Shown here: positions 1 through 11,428 of the stretch, in pieces
Layout: each line of letters starts with the position of its first letter
Numbering within the stretch: the stretch's first letter is position 1
Assembly: GCF_056746865.1 (NCBI RefSeq)
Contig: NZ_CM163382.1
Length of the DNA stretch: 64,000 nucleotides
Reading direction: 5' to 3' (one strand)
Notes under the pieces: model-generated
Databases searched by the model: none
The model's input: only the letters and a program-made list of their open reading frames with translations
What the model was told of the DNA's origin: nothing
Made by a program: the position numbers and the translations under genes

Positions 1-59
1 GCTATCCAAATAGTGTCATATCATCATATTAATTGTTCTTTTTTCAGGTGAAGGTTCCC

Positions 60-1601
60 ATGCGTCTGGAAGTCTTTTGTGAAGACCGACTCGGTCTGAC
101 CCGCGAATTACTCGATCTACTCGTGCTAAGAGGCATTGATTTACGCGGTATTGAGATTGACCCCATTGGGCGAATCTACCTCAATTTTGCTGAACTGGAG
201 TTTGAGAGTTTCAGCAGTCTGATGGCTGAAATACGCCGTATTGCAGGTGTTACCGATGTCCGTACTGTCCCGTGGATGCCTTCTGAACGTGAGCATCTGG
301 CGTTGAGCGCGTTACTGGAAGCGTTGCCTGAACCTGTGCTCTCTGTCGATATGAAAAGCAAAGTGGATATGGCGAACCCGGCGAGCTGTCAGCTTTTTGG
401 GCAAAAATTGGATCGCCTGCGCAACCATACCGCCGCGCAATTGATTAACGGCTTTAATTTTTTACGCTGGCTGGAAAGCGAACCGCAGGATTCCCATAAC
501 GAGCATGTCGTTATTAATGGACAGAATTTCCTGATGGAGATTACGCCTGTTTATCTTCAGGATGAAAATGATCAACACGTCCTGACCGGTGCGGTGGTGA
601 TGTTGCGATCAACGATTCGTATGGGCCGTCAGTTGCAAAATGTCGCCGCCCAGGATGTCAGCGCCTTTAGTCAAATTGTCGCCGTCAGCCCGAAAATGAA
701 GCATGTTGTCGAACAGGCGCAGAAACTGGCGATGCTAAGCGCGCCATTGCTGATAACCGGTGATACCGGCACCGGAAAAGATCTCTTTGCGTATGCCTGT
801 CATCAGGCAAGCCCACGCGCGGGCAAACCCTATCTGGCGCTGAACTGTGCTTCTATCCCGGAAGATGCGGTCGAGAGTGAACTGTTTGGTCATGCTCCGG
901 AAGGGAAGAAAGGGTTCTTTGAGCAGGCGAACGGTGGTTCGGTACTGCTGGATGAAATAGGTGAGATGTCACCACGGATGCAGGCGAAATTACTGCGTTT
1001 CCTTAATGATGGCACTTTCCGTCGGGTTGGCGAAGACCATGAGGTGCATGTCGATGTGCGGGTGATTTGCGCGACGCAGAAGAATCTTGTCGAACTGGTG
1101 CAAAAAGGCGTGTTCCGTGAAGATCTCTATTATCGTCTGAACGTGTTGACGCTCAATCTGCCGCCGCTACGTGACTGTCCGCAGGACATCATGCCGTTAA
1201 CCGAGCTGTTCGTCGCCCGCTTTGCCGACGAGCAGGGCGTGCCGCGTCCGAAACTGGCCGCTGACCTGAATACTGTACTTACGCGTTATGCGTGGCCGGG
1301 AAATGTGCGGCAGTTAAAGAACGCTATTTATCGCGCACTGACACAACTGGACGGTTATGAGCTGCGTCCACAGGATATTTTGTTACCGGATTATGACGCC
1401 ACAACGGTAGCCGTGGGCGAAGATGCGATGGAAGGTTCGCTGGACGAAATCACCAGCCGTTTTGAACGCTCGGTATTAACCCAGCTTTATCGCAATTATC
1501 CCAGCACGCGCAAACTGGCAAAACGCCTGGGCGTTTCGCATACCGCGATTGCCAATAAGTTGCGGGAATATGGTCTGAGTCAGAAGAAGAACGAAGAGTA
1601 A
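60..1601 (+). CDS. tyrR: Transcriptional regulator TyrR (sigma54-type AAA+ domain plus C-terminal HTH), 513 aa
   Basis: ORF 33..1601; product recognised from MRLEVFCEDRLGLTRELLDLL and GDTGTGKD Walker A; start set to the internal Met that gives the 513 aa expected for TyrR. Confidence 0.93.
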   Translation: MRLEVFCEDRLGLTRELLDLLVLRGIDLRGIEIDPIGRIYLNFAELEFESFSSLMAEIRRIAGVTDVRTVPWMPSEREHLALSALLEALPEPVLSVDMKSKVDMANPASCQLFGQKLDRLRNHTAAQLINGFNFLRWLESEPQDSHNEHVVINGQNFLMEITPVYLQDENDQHVLTGAVVMLRSTIRMGRQLQNVAAQDVSAFSQIVAVSPKMKHVVEQAQKLAMLSAPLLITGDTGTGKDLFAYACHQASPRAGKPYLALNCASIPEDAVESELFGHAPEGKKGFFEQANGGSVLLDEIGEMSPRMQAKLLRFLNDGTFRRVGEDHEVHVDVRVICATQKNLVELVQKGVFREDLYYRLNVLTLNLPPLRDCPQDIMPLTELFVARFADEQGVPRPKLAADLNTVLTRYAWPGNVRQLKNAIYRALTQLDGYELRPQDILLPDYDATTVAVGEDAMEGSLDEITSRFERSVLTQLYRNYPSTRKLAKRLGVSHTAIANKLREYGLSQKKNEE

Positions 1602-1606
1602 GCGCG

Positions 1607-1640
1607 AATATGCCTGATGGTGCAACACCATCAGGCATAT
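1607..1640. terminator. Palindromic hairpin between convergent tyrR and tpx (putative bidirectional terminator)
   Basis: atatgcctgatggtg / caccatcaggcatat inverted repeat seen directly in sequence between the two stop codons. Confidence 0.55.
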
Positions 1641-1644
1641 TAAC

Positions 1645-2151
1645 TTATGCTTTCAGTACAGCCAGAGCTGCTTCGTAATCCGGCTCGGTGGTGATTTCAT
1701 CCACCAGCTGGCTGAAAATCACATTGTCATTTTCATCAATAACCACAACGGCACGCGCTGCCAGACCTTTCAGTGGGCCATCAGCAATTGCCACACCGTA
1801 GGCTTGCAGGAATTCAGCGTTACGGAAAGTGGAGAGGGTGATAACGTTGTTCAGACCTTCTGCGCCGCAGAAACGAGACTGGGCGAACGGCAGATCGGCA
1901 GAGATACACAGCACCCCGGTGTTGTCGATCTCGGTTGCCAGTTGGTTAAACTTACGTACTGATGCGGCGCAAACACCGGTATCAATACTCGGGAAAATGT
2001 TCAGCACTTTGCGTTTACCCGCAAACTGACCGAGGGTGACGTCAGACAGATCTTTTGCCACGAGAGTAAAAGTCTGCGCTTTGCTACCCGCCTGCGGGAT
2101 GGAATTGGCGACTGTAACCGGGTTGCCCTGGAAATGAACGGTTTGTGACAT
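1645..2151 (-). CDS. tpx: Thiol peroxidase (atypical 2-Cys peroxiredoxin), 168 aa
   Basis: ORF translation [22 protein letters not shown]...; length and sequence match Tpx. Confidence 0.93.
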   Translation of the reverse strand: MSQTVHFQGNPVTVANSIPQAGSKAQTFTLVAKDLSDVTLGQFAGKRKVLNIFPSIDTGVCAASVRKFNQLATEIDNTGVLCISADLPFAQSRFCGAEGLNNVITLSTFRNAEFLQAYGVAIADGPLKGLAARAVVVIDENDNVIFSQLVDEITTEPDYEAALAVLKA

Positions 2152-2259
2152 GATTATCTTTCCTGTTTACATATAGTTAACGTCACACCTAGTTTATGCT
2201 AACTGTCAATAACACAGCAAACGCTATTTGCGCTTAATCCGCAGACCACCGCGACAACA

Positions 2260-3209
<950 letters not shown>

Positions 3210-3235
<26 letters not shown>

Positions 3236-3938
3236 GATGCCAGCGCAGCAAGTTTGCCATCGCAAAGAGATATTTTTCGCTGGCTTCGTCGGAGGAGATG
3301 GGTGGAAACTCTGCGGTGATGCAATGCAGGTTGAGATCCGCACACCAACTGCCGAAAGAGCCAGGCGTTTCATAACCGACGCTGGTTACCAGAGGCAATT
3401 CAAACGCCTGGGCCAGCCATTCACCTAATTCGCTGTGTCTGGGATCTTCAATACAGGCCAGCGGATCGTGGAATGAGACCACCCAGGCGGGTTGAATGCG
3501 GTGTATAAGCTGGCACAGCGCCTGGGTTTCAGGTTCAGAGCCAGGTTTGTCACCTGTCAGCAATACGACATCACGTTCTTCAGCGGCGCTGTTCCAGCGA
3601 TAAACGGTTTCACCTTCCTTCCAATTCGCCGCCGGAAAGTTTCTGTTTAAATCCACACCATTAGCATTGGCCCGTAACCCCAACTGGCAGCCGTCAGGAT
3701 TCACACACAGCACCACATGATGACGGCGCAAAGAAGGTGTCAACGTCCGCAGAGCACAGGAGAGCGTGACGACCGAAGAGTTTTCATCACCGTGAGTGCC
3801 AGCCAGAATCAAACCACTTTCGCGGCTGGCTGCAGGGGCAGGAAACCAGATTAACGGCGCGCCCAATAATGAACGTCCGTAATGTTCTGTTCCGGGCGGA
3901 AATGCGCCGCGTTCGGCGCGTGGGCGGGTTACGGTCAT
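3210..3938 (-). CDS. mpaA: Murein tripeptide amidase A (zinc carboxypeptidase-like), 242 aa
   Basis: ORF 3210..3998; start set to internal Met (MTVTRPRAERGAF...) giving 242 aa; 3' end overlaps ycjG 3' end on opposite strand. Confidence 0.88.
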
Positions 3939-4033
3939 GATCGTCTCTGGTTCAGGAAGTATTACAGGCAGTGTTGTGCAAATTTTGCGGATTATCAAAT
4001 CCTTTTCTTCAACGCTATGTCATCGATCTTGTA

Positions 4034-4064
4034 TCACTTTTTTGCCGGAAGTTGTTTGCATTTT
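4034..4064. promoter_or_regulatory. Conserved ~30-bp motif upstream of mpaA (near-identical copy upstream of mppA)
   Basis: tcacttttttgccggaagttgtttgcatttt here versus tcacttttttgatggaagttgtttgcatttc at 7145..7175; 28/31 identical. Confidence 0.45.
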
Positions 4065-4228
4065 CATTGATGTGCAGATATTAGAATTGTCGTAATGTTA
4101 TATACATGGCGTATTTTATTCTTACTGGTTCTACACATGTTAATCGCATCTGATTGATCAGTTCACCTTAATAAGTTTAATAAATCGTACTGCACATAGT
4201 ACAGTACGAAGGTAGCTATATAATTGAT

Positions 4229-4867
4229 TTACATGAAGAATGGCTTATCGCCATCAGTCCCGGGCTGATTGATGCCTATATTCTCACCAATGTGTTTCTC
4301 AGGTTTATCGATGATATCTGTAATTAATGCTGCGACACTCTTACGTGATACGATCGTACCTTTGAATGGTTCATTGCGTGAGGTAAGCTCATAATCAATA
4401 ATATCTTCATCGGTCAGCCAGGCAGGGCGAAGAATTGTATATTCCAGTCCAGAAGCCTCAATTGCATCCGCAGCCCTGCGGAATGGTTTTAGGGGCTCAC
4501 CAATAACTGCATTATTCCATTCGCCAAATTTTCCTGGAACTTCATCATAAATACCGAGGGAAAGAACAAAGATCAGACGTTTAACATCACAGGCTTTCAT
4601 CGCAGCGATCACTGAATTTGCCTGAATATCTAAATCTTCCCCCGTAAGGTTGGCATACACAACATCCTGTCCCTGCATGGCCTGCTTCAGTGCCGCATGA
4701 TTCAGTACATCCCCCATAATAATCTTGCTATTAGTTGGATAGGGTTTGTGGATTTTTGCTGGCTGACGGGCAAATAAAGTTTGTTTAATGGTTTGTTTAT
4801 CTGCCAGTTGATTAATCACATGGCGGGCTATCTGACCGCCAGCACCAAGAATCAGTACATTTTTCAT
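4229..4867 (-). CDS. ymjC: NAD(P)-binding NmrA/SDR-like oxidoreductase, 212 aa, uninterrupted
   Basis: N-terminal Rossmann motif ILGAGGQIARHV; position between mpaA and ycjY; symbol assigned by synteny and is less certain than the product class. Confidence 0.7.
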   Translation of the reverse strand: MKNVLILGAGGQIARHVINQLADKQTIKQTLFARQPAKIHKPYPTNSKIIMGDVLNHAALKQAMQGQDVVYANLTGEDLDIQANSVIAAMKACDVKRLIFVLSLGIYDEVPGKFGEWNNAVIGEPLKPFRRAADAIEASGLEYTILRPAWLTDEDIIDYELTSRNEPFKGTIVSRKSVAALITDIIDKPEKHIGENIGINQPGTDGDKPFFM

Positions 4868-4937
4868 GAAACTTTTCCCAGATTATTGGCAGCAATATGC
4901 CAGGCCATATCACTATTACGGATTTGAATATGTTTCA

Positions 4938-5858
4938 TTACAGAGTTTCCTCAAAGAACGGCGCTAATACTGAAATTGCTTCAGCCACATAGACTTTGCC
5001 GTCATAAAGATCCATATGGTTTGCGCCTTCAACAATGTGATAGCGTTTATCCTGGCTTGATGCTCGATCGTACAGGTCGTCACTCATCCATTTGCTCCCT
5101 GCCTGGCTGCCCGCCACAATCTGTATCGGCTGAGTCAGGTACACTTCCGCCATATGGTAAGCATCATAGGTAATAATCTGGTTAAGGCTGCGCAAAGTAG
5201 TGTAACCCGGTGCTGTTGGATACTGCGCGCGAGGGGTGTGGTAATACTCCCAGGCCTGACGCAGTTCTTCGTTCGGCGCATCGGACTCCTTCATTGGTGC
5301 CAGTGGCATGGTGGCGTATTCTCCGCTGCTAATATCGCTGGTTCGGGCGTTTGAACCCGCGTCAACGTATGGTAGGGCATCAATAGATTTCACATTGTTT
5401 TCCCAACCATTACGGAACATCGAACCAATATTGACCGCACTAACAGTACCGATGGCCTTGATGCGGCGATCCTGAATTGCAGCATTGGCTGTATATCCTG
5501 CACCGGCACAAATTCCCATCGCACCAATTCGGCTATTGTCGACATAAGAAAGCGTTGTCAGATAATCAATCACGGCACTGACGTCTTCAGTACGAATGTA
5601 TGGGTTTTCTAACTGACGCGGCTCGCCGCCGCTTTCACCTTGATAAGATGCGTCATAAGCAATAGTGACAAATCCCTTTTCCGCCAGTTTTTCGGCATAG
5701 GTTCCAGCCGTTTGCTCTTTAACGCCCCCACCTGGGTGAGATACCACAATTGCCGGATACTGACGGGTTTCATCAAATTTTGGAGGGAAATAGATCACTG
5801 CAGACAAAGAGATGGTTGGATTATTGCTGTTAGTGAAGCTGACTTTATTATTCATCAT
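4938..5858 (-). CDS. ycjY: Alpha/beta hydrolase (dienelactone hydrolase-like), 306 aa
   Basis: ORF 4938..5870; start set to internal Met for 306 aa; GxSxG-like segment GAMGICAGAGY. Confidence 0.8.
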   Translation of the reverse strand: MMNNKVSFTNSNNPTISLSAVIYFPPKFDETRQYPAIVVSHPGGGVKEQTAGTYAEKLAEKGFVTIAYDASYQGESGGEPRQLENPYIRTEDVSAVIDYLTTLSYVDNSRIGAMGICAGAGYTANAAIQDRRIKAIGTVSAVNIGSMFRNGWENNVKSIDALPYVDAGSNARTSDISSGEYATMPLAPMKESDAPNEELRQAWEYYHTPRAQYPTAPGYTTLRSLNQIITYDAYHMAEVYLTQPIQIVAGSQAGSKWMSDDLYDRASSQDKRYHIVEGANHMDLYDGKVYVAEAISVLAPFFEETL

Positions 5859-5928
5859 TCCGTTCCTCATGGAGTTGTCGGTTCGTTTTAACGGTTGGTG
5901 ATATCACTATAGATATTGATCATTAAGT

Positions 5929-5971
5929 TGATTAGACCCAAAATCATGATTAGACCTATCATTTAAATGAT
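5929..5971. promoter_or_regulatory. Putative LysR-type operator in the ycjY-pgrR divergent region
   Basis: direct repeat tgattagacc x2 (5929..5938, 5947..5956) followed by perfect palindrome atcatttaaatgat (5958..5971), 25 bp upstream of the pgrR ATG. Confidence 0.4.
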
Positions 5972-5995
5972 TAATAGATTGTATGGAGATACTGA

Positions 5996-6895
5996 ATGAA
6001 GCGTGAAGAAATCGCTGATCTGATGGCGTTTGTCGTCGTTGCAGAGGAGCGTAGCTTCACTCGCGCAGCAGCCCGCCTGAGCATGGCGCAGTCAGCTTTA
6101 AGCCAGATAGTGCGCCGTATAGAAGAACGATTGGGATTGCGGCTTCTGACACGAACCACGCGCAGCGTTGTACCCACTGAAGCGGGCGAGCATCTTTTGT
6201 CTGTTCTTGGCCCTATGTTGCATGACATAGATTCTGCCCTGACATCCCTGAGCGATCTGCAGAACCGCCCATCCGGGACAATACGTATTACTACTGTAGA
6301 ACATGCAGCAAAAACGATATTGTTACCAGCTATGCGCACATTCCTGAAATCGCATCCTGAAATTGATATCCAGCTTACCATTGATTATGGTTTGACCGAT
6401 GTCGTTTCTGAACGTTTTGATGCAGGCGTCCGTCTGGGTGGGGAGATGGATAAAGATATGATCGCCATTCGAATCGGGCCAGATATACCAATGGCTATTG
6501 TTGGCTCACCGGATTATTTTTCTCGTCGAAGTGCTCCAACGTCAGTGTCACAATTAATAGATCATCAGGCAATTAATTTGTATCTTCCCACATCGGGTAC
6601 AGCAAATCGCTGGAGATTAATACGCGGTGGACGTGAAGTTCGTGTTCGCATGGAAGGTCAGCTTTTACTGAATACGATAGACCTGATCATTGATGCTGCA
6701 ATTGATGGGCATGGATTGGCGTATCTACCTTATGATCAGGTTGAGCGGGCTATTAAAGAAAAAAAACTGATACGTGTTTTGGATAAATTCACACCAGATT
6801 TACCCGGTTATCACCTGTACTATCCACACCGTCGACATGCTGGCTCGGCATTCTCATTATTTATAGATAGGCTGAAGTATAAAGGTGCTGTTTAG
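5996..6895 (+). CDS. pgrR: LysR-family transcriptional regulator PgrR (YcjZ), 299 aa
   Basis: N-terminal HTH MKREEIADLMAFVVVAEERSFTRAAARLSMAQSALSQ; LysR substrate-binding domain; synteny. Confidence 0.85.
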   Translation: MKREEIADLMAFVVVAEERSFTRAAARLSMAQSALSQIVRRIEERLGLRLLTRTTRSVVPTEAGEHLLSVLGPMLHDIDSALTSLSDLQNRPSGTIRITTVEHAAKTILLPAMRTFLKSHPEIDIQLTIDYGLTDVVSERFDAGVRLGGEMDKDMIAIRIGPDIPMAIVGSPDYFSRRSAPTSVSQLIDHQAINLYLPTSGTANRWRLIRGGREVRVRMEGQLLLNTIDLIIDAAIDGHGLAYLPYDQVERAIKEKKLIRVLDKFTPDLPGYHLYYPHRRHAGSAFSLFIDRLKYKGAV

Positions 6896-7144
6896 CACTA
6901 CTTGCTGATACATTAATTTAATTCTTCTCTTAACGTATTCTCAGTTCCTTTCAACGTTTTGGTCATTTTTTATTCTTCGTACAATGGCGACAGATGCTGA
7001 TTATGATACCGAAAACGGGTTTGAACGTGCGAAGCCCGAACGTAGTGTTCGGAGTTCTATGTGCTTTACCGCATTTTGGAGACTATTATTTACACTAAAT
7101 CTGATTTGATATATTGATACTTAAAACATTTGATGCTTCCTTTG

Positions 7145-7175
7145 TCACTTTTTTGATGGAAGTTGTTTGCATTTC
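7145..7175. promoter_or_regulatory. Conserved ~30-bp motif upstream of mppA (copy of the mpaA-upstream motif)
   Basis: 28/31 identity to 4034..4064; lies 57-87 bp upstream of the mppA start. Confidence 0.45.
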
Positions 7176-7231
7176 TTTAAGGCGAAACAAATAATTACGC
7201 ATCAATTTTAATGTCGGTTAGAGGGAAACTT

Positions 7232-8845
7232 ATGAAGCACTCTGTTTCAGTCACGTGTTGTGCGCTGTTGGTCAGCAGCATTTCTCTTTCGTATGCTGCA
7301 GAAGTTCCGAGCGGCACAGTACTGGCAGAGAAGCAGGAGCTGGTGCGCCACATTAAAGATGAGCCTGCGTCGCTGGATCCCGCTAAAGCCGTGGGCCTGC
7401 CAGAGATTCAGGTCATTCGCGATCTGTTTGAAGGACTGGTGAATCAGAACGAGAAAGGGGAGATTGTCCCCGGCGTTGCGACTCAGTGGAAAAGTAATGA
7501 CAACCGTATCTGGACTTTTACCCTGCGCGATAACGCAAAATGGGCGGATGGCACACTGGTAACGGCGCAAGATTTTGTCTACAGCTGGCAACGTCTGGTG
7601 GACCCTAAAACGCTATCGCCATTTGCATGGTTTGCCGCGCTGGCGGGAATCAACAACGCACAGGCGATTATTGATGGTAAAGCTACGCCTGACCAGCTTG
7701 GCGTCACCGCAGTTGATGCCCATACTTTGAAAATCCAGCTTGATAAACCGTTGCCGTGGTTTGTGAATTTAACCGCTAACTTTGCCTTCTTCCCGGTGCA
7801 AAAAGCCAACGTAGAAAGCAGTAAAGAGTGGACGAAACCCGGAAAACTGATCGGTAATGGCGCTTATGTTCTTAAAGAGCGCGTAGTCAATGAAAAACTG
7901 GTCGTGGTACCGAATACCCATTATTGGGATAACGCCAAAACGGTGCTGCAAAAAGTGACTTTCCTGCCAATTAATCAGGAATCCGCAGCCACTAAGCGTT
8001 ACCTCGCGGGGGATATTGATATCACCGAATCCTTCCCGAAAAATATGTATCAGAAGCTGTTGAAGGATATTCCGGGGCAGGTTTATACGCCGCCGCAGCT
8101 CGGGACCTATTATTATGCGTTTAACACGCAAAAAGGGCCGACGGCAGATCAGCGCGTTCGCCTGGCATTAAGTATGACGATAGATCGCCGCCTGATGACC
8201 GAAAAAGTGTTGGGGACGGGCGAAAAGCCAGCGTGGCATTTTACACCAGATGTTACCGCGGGATTTACGCCGGAACCTTCGCCGTTTGAACAAATGAGTC
8301 AGGAAGAACTGAATGCGCAGGCAAAAACTTTGTTGAGCGCCGCTGGTTATGGTCCGCAAAAACCGCTGAAGCTGACGCTTTTGTATAACACTTCAGAAAA
8401 CCATCAAAAAATTGCGATTGCTGTAGCATCAATGTGGAAAAAGAACCTTGGCGTAGATGTTAAATTGCAAAATCAGGAATGGAAAACCTATATCGATAGC
8501 CGTAACACCGGCAATTTTGATGTTATCCGAGCCTCGTGGGTAGGGGATTATAATGAACCCTCCACTTTCCTGACATTATTAACGTCAACGCATTCAGGAA
8601 ATATTTCACGCTTTAACAATCCGGCATACGACAAAGTACTGGCCCAGGCATCAACGGAAAATACCGTTAAAGCGCGTAATGCCGATTACAACGCGGCAGA
8701 AAAAATCCTCATGGAGCAAGCACCGATTGCACCAATTTATCAATATACCAATGGACGATTAATCAAGCCGTGGCTGAGAGGTTATCCCATTAATAACCCG
8801 GAAGATGTGGCGTACAGTCGGACTATGTATATTGTGAAGCATTGA
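7232..8845 (+). CDS. mppA: Periplasmic murein tripeptide-binding protein (OppA paralogue), 537 aa
   Basis: ORF 7211..8845; start set to internal Met for 537 aa; signal peptide MKHSVSVTCCALLVSSISLSYA; family 5 substrate-binding protein. Confidence 0.88.
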   Translation: MKHSVSVTCCALLVSSISLSYAAEVPSGTVLAEKQELVRHIKDEPASLDPAKAVGLPEIQVIRDLFEGLVNQNEKGEIVPGVATQWKSNDNRIWTFTLRDNAKWADGTLVTAQDFVYSWQRLVDPKTLSPFAWFAALAGINNAQAIIDGKATPDQLGVTAVDAHTLKIQLDKPLPWFVNLTANFAFFPVQKANVESSKEWTKPGKLIGNGAYVLKERVVNEKLVVVPNTHYWDNAKTVLQKVTFLPINQESAATKRYLAGDIDITESFPKNMYQKLLKDIPGQVYTPPQLGTYYYAFNTQKGPTADQRVRLALSMTIDRRLMTEKVLGTGEKPAWHFTPDVTAGFTPEPSPFEQMSQEELNAQAKTLLSAAGYGPQKPLKLTLLYNTSENHQKIAIAVASMWKKNLGVDVKLQNQEWKTYIDSRNTGNFDVIRASWVGDYNEPSTFLTLLTSTHSGNISRFNNPAYDKVLAQASTENTVKARNADYNAAEKILMEQAPIAPIYQYTNGRLIKPWLRGYPINNPEDVAYSRTMYIVKH

Positions 8846-8895
8846 TGTGATGGGAATTGGCGTTACCCTTGTGGATAACGCCAGTGATGTCTGAT

Positions 8896-9927
8896 TTAGC
8901 GACCCTGGTCCGGCGGTGTAATGTTATCCATATACAGCGTCTGGCTGGGGAAGGCAAAGTCCGCGCCGTGTGACTGTACAATATCGATAATCTTCAAATA
9001 AACGTCTTGCTGTGCAGCAAGCCATTCAGCCCATACCGTGGTTTTGGTAAAGCAATAAACCATAATATTCAATGAGGAGTCAGCAAACTGGTTGAAATAA
9101 ACCAGTAAGGTTTGTCGCTGGTCAATGGCCGGGTGATTTTTCAGCATCTCACGTACGGCTTCGACAATAACGCCCACTTTTGCCGCATCCTCATAACGTA
9201 AACCAATGGTCGTGGTAATGCGCCGGTTGGTCATTCGTCCTGGGTTTTCTACGCTGATTGACGAAAACAGCGAGTTCGGTACGTACAACGGACGATTATC
9301 AAAAGTCGTAATCTTGGTAATTCGCCAGCCAATTTCCGATACTGTACCTTCGATATTTCTGTCCGGTGAACGGATCCAGTCGCCAATACTAAAAGGACGG
9401 TCGAAATAGAGCATAATCCCGGAAAAGAAGTTACTCAGAATATCTTTACCGGCCATACCGACAGCCAGACCACCAATACCACCAAAGGTCAACAAGCCAG
9501 AAAGGCTCATGCCGAAATGTTCGCCATAAAGCAGAACAAGCACCACAATAATGGTGATTTTGATGATACGCGACATAATCCGCGCACTGGTGATATCGCG
9601 ACCTTTTTTAATCTGCTGTTTTTCAAACTGATTAATCAGCAGAAATAGCTTAATCGTCAGAATAACCGCAATCAGGGACGTACAGATAAAATCGATAACG
9701 CCTGGGGTGATAAATTTGAGTTTATAGTTTTCTATAACATAATTAATGATGCTACCAACAGCACTGATAATTATGGTGTAGATTAAAAATTGCACCGCAT
9801 GGAATAAAAAACCTTTTCTTTTACGATTTCCGCGGCGAAACCAAAAGCTCATCAGAATCAATGCTGCGCAGCTACCGAAAATAATGACCAGATTAAGCGC
9901 ATTATTTGTAAACAGTTCAGCGATCAT
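8896..9927 (-). CDS. ynaI: MscS-family mechanosensitive channel, 343 aa
   Basis: multi-TM N-terminus and MscS-like beta domain; synteny. Confidence 0.85.
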   Translation of the reverse strand: MIAELFTNNALNLVIIFGSCAALILMSFWFRRGNRKRKGFLFHAVQFLIYTIIISAVGSIINYVIENYKLKFITPGVIDFICTSLIAVILTIKLFLLINQFEKQQIKKGRDITSARIMSRIIKITIIVVLVLLYGEHFGMSLSGLLTFGGIGGLAVGMAGKDILSNFFSGIMLYFDRPFSIGDWIRSPDRNIEGTVSEIGWRITKITTFDNRPLYVPNSLFSSISVENPGRMTNRRITTTIGLRYEDAAKVGVIVEAVREMLKNHPAIDQRQTLLVYFNQFADSSLNIMVYCFTKTTVWAEWLAAQQDVYLKIIDIVQSHGADFAFPSQTLYMDNITPPDQGR

Positions 9928-10170
9928 TGTTTTATCAGGCTCCTCCAGATAATTGTCGTCATGCCGGAAACCCCTGGCGGGGCTATTTTACCGCGACAAT
10001 TCATTGAGATCATCAATAGTCAGGGAAGGAAGTAGCAACATTAGCTAACTAATCAATGCGTTGATTGTAAATCCAGCTAAGAGGTGAGGTTTTCAGAGCA
10101 GACAACGGTGAAATGTCATGGTATTGTTACGTTTAGGTAACAAGAAATTTGTCTGCACAAGGATTACATC

Positions 10171-10428
10171 ATGATTATGGCGAAACTGAAGTCAGCGAAA
10201 GGGAAGAAATTTCTCTTTGGTTTGTTGGCGGTTTTCATTATTGCGGCGTCGGTTGTGACTCGCGCGACCATCGGCGGCGTGATAGAACAGTACAATATTC
10301 CGCTGTCTGAGTGGACGACATCAATGTATGTGATTCAGTCATCAATGATTTTTGTTTATAGCCTGGTCTTTACTGTGTTGCTGGCAATCCCGTTGGGAAT
10401 TTATTTCCTTGGCGGCGAAGAGCAGTAA
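10171..10428 (+). CDS. ynaJ: Small inner-membrane protein (DUF2534), 85 aa
   Basis: two predicted TM helices; position between ynaI and uspE. Confidence 0.75.
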   Translation: MIMAKLKSAKGKKFLFGLLAVFIIAASVVTRATIGGVIEQYNIPLSEWTTSMYVIQSSMIFVYSLVFTVLLAIPLGIYFLGGEEQ

Positions 10429-10437
10429 GTAAAAAAT

Positions 10438-10457
10438 AGGCCCGATAACTCGGGCCT
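10438..10457. terminator. Hairpin between convergent ynaJ and uspE
   Basis: aggcccg-ataact-cgggcct inverted repeat. Confidence 0.5.
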
Positions 10458-10477
10458 TGTCAGTTATTGAAGAGTCG

Positions 10478-11428
10478 TTAATCGTCTTCTTCGTCATCCA
10501 GTTCAACGGGTGTCTGATACTGGTCAGGTTTAATGACCAGCAGGTCGCAGCGAAGATGATCAATCACCTGTTCTGCCGTGTTGCCGAGGAATGCTGCTGA
10601 AATACCGGTGCGTCCTACCGTGCCCAGAACCACAATCCCCGCCTGTAAGTGCTCCGCCAAATCAGGAATCACCTCTTCTGGCAGACCTTTTTCTACGTGC
10701 GTCATGTTTTCATTAATGCCGAATTTCTGCCGCAGGGCTTTCATTGCCAGCAAATGTTGCCCACGAATGGCATCGTTATAAACGCTCGGATCAAATTCCG
10801 GCAGTTCAATCGCGATATTAATTGGCGTTACGGGATAAGCGCCAACCAGATGAACTTCGGTATGGTTGACTTGTTCCGCCAGTTCGATCGTCTCTTTGAC
10901 CAGTTTTTCATTGAGCGCATTATGGTACGGCTCTTCACTGGCGAGATTCACCGCCACCAGCGCCTTACCCCCTTCCGGCCACGGCTGGTCTTTCACCATC
11001 CACACCGGGCTTGGGCATTTGCGTAACAGATGCCAGTCCGTTGGCGTAAAAATCACCGCTTCCAGACGGTCATGTTGGTGCGCCATTTTTAGCACCAAAT
11101 CGTGCCCGCCGCTGATCACTTCCTGAATGATGGCTTCGAAAGGACGGTTATGCCAGACCACTTTAATTTCAATGGGAACGCCAGCATTGAGATAATATTT
11201 TGCCTGCTCGTGGATCCAGTCTGTACGCTGGCTGATGACGCCCTGACGCATAGCGGTACGTTCGTCCGGAGAGAGCAGGGTGGTCATTTCGTATGAGAAG
11301 TCATAGATCGGCAAAAAGGCTTTAATTTTGCCACCAATCCGTTGATGTAAATAAACAGCTCGCCGCAATGCTGGTTGGTCGTCCTGGTTAGGATCGATAA
11401 CAACGAGCATGTTCTGATACATAGCCAT
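10478..11428 (-). CDS. uspE: Universal stress protein E (tandem Usp domains), 316 aa
   Basis: ORF 10478..11455; start set to internal Met ([15 protein letters not shown]...) for 316 aa. Confidence 0.9.
   Translation of the reverse strand: MAMYQNMLVVIDPNQDDQPALRRAVYLHQRIGGKIKAFLPIYDFSYEMTTLLSPDERTAMRQGVISQRTDWIHEQAKYYLNAGVPIEIKVVWHNRPFEAIIQEVISGGHDLVLKMAHQHDRLEAVIFTPTDWHLLRKCPSPVWMVKDQPWPEGGKALVAVNLASEEPYHNALNEKLVKETIELAEQVNHTEVHLVGAYPVTPINIAIELPEFDPSVYNDAIRGQHLLAMKALRQKFGINENMTHVEKGLPEEVIPDLAEHLQAGIVVLGTVGRTGISAAFLGNTAEQVIDHLRCDLLVIKPDQYQTPVELDDEEDD

Noticed and set aside
4034-4064. Sigma-54 promoter (-24 GG / -12 GC) reading of the shared mpaA/mppA motif (tGGaag-ttgt-tTGCa)
   Set aside because: The spacing between the GG and GC elements is one nucleotide short of the strict sigma-54 spacing; kept only as an unassigned regulatory motif.
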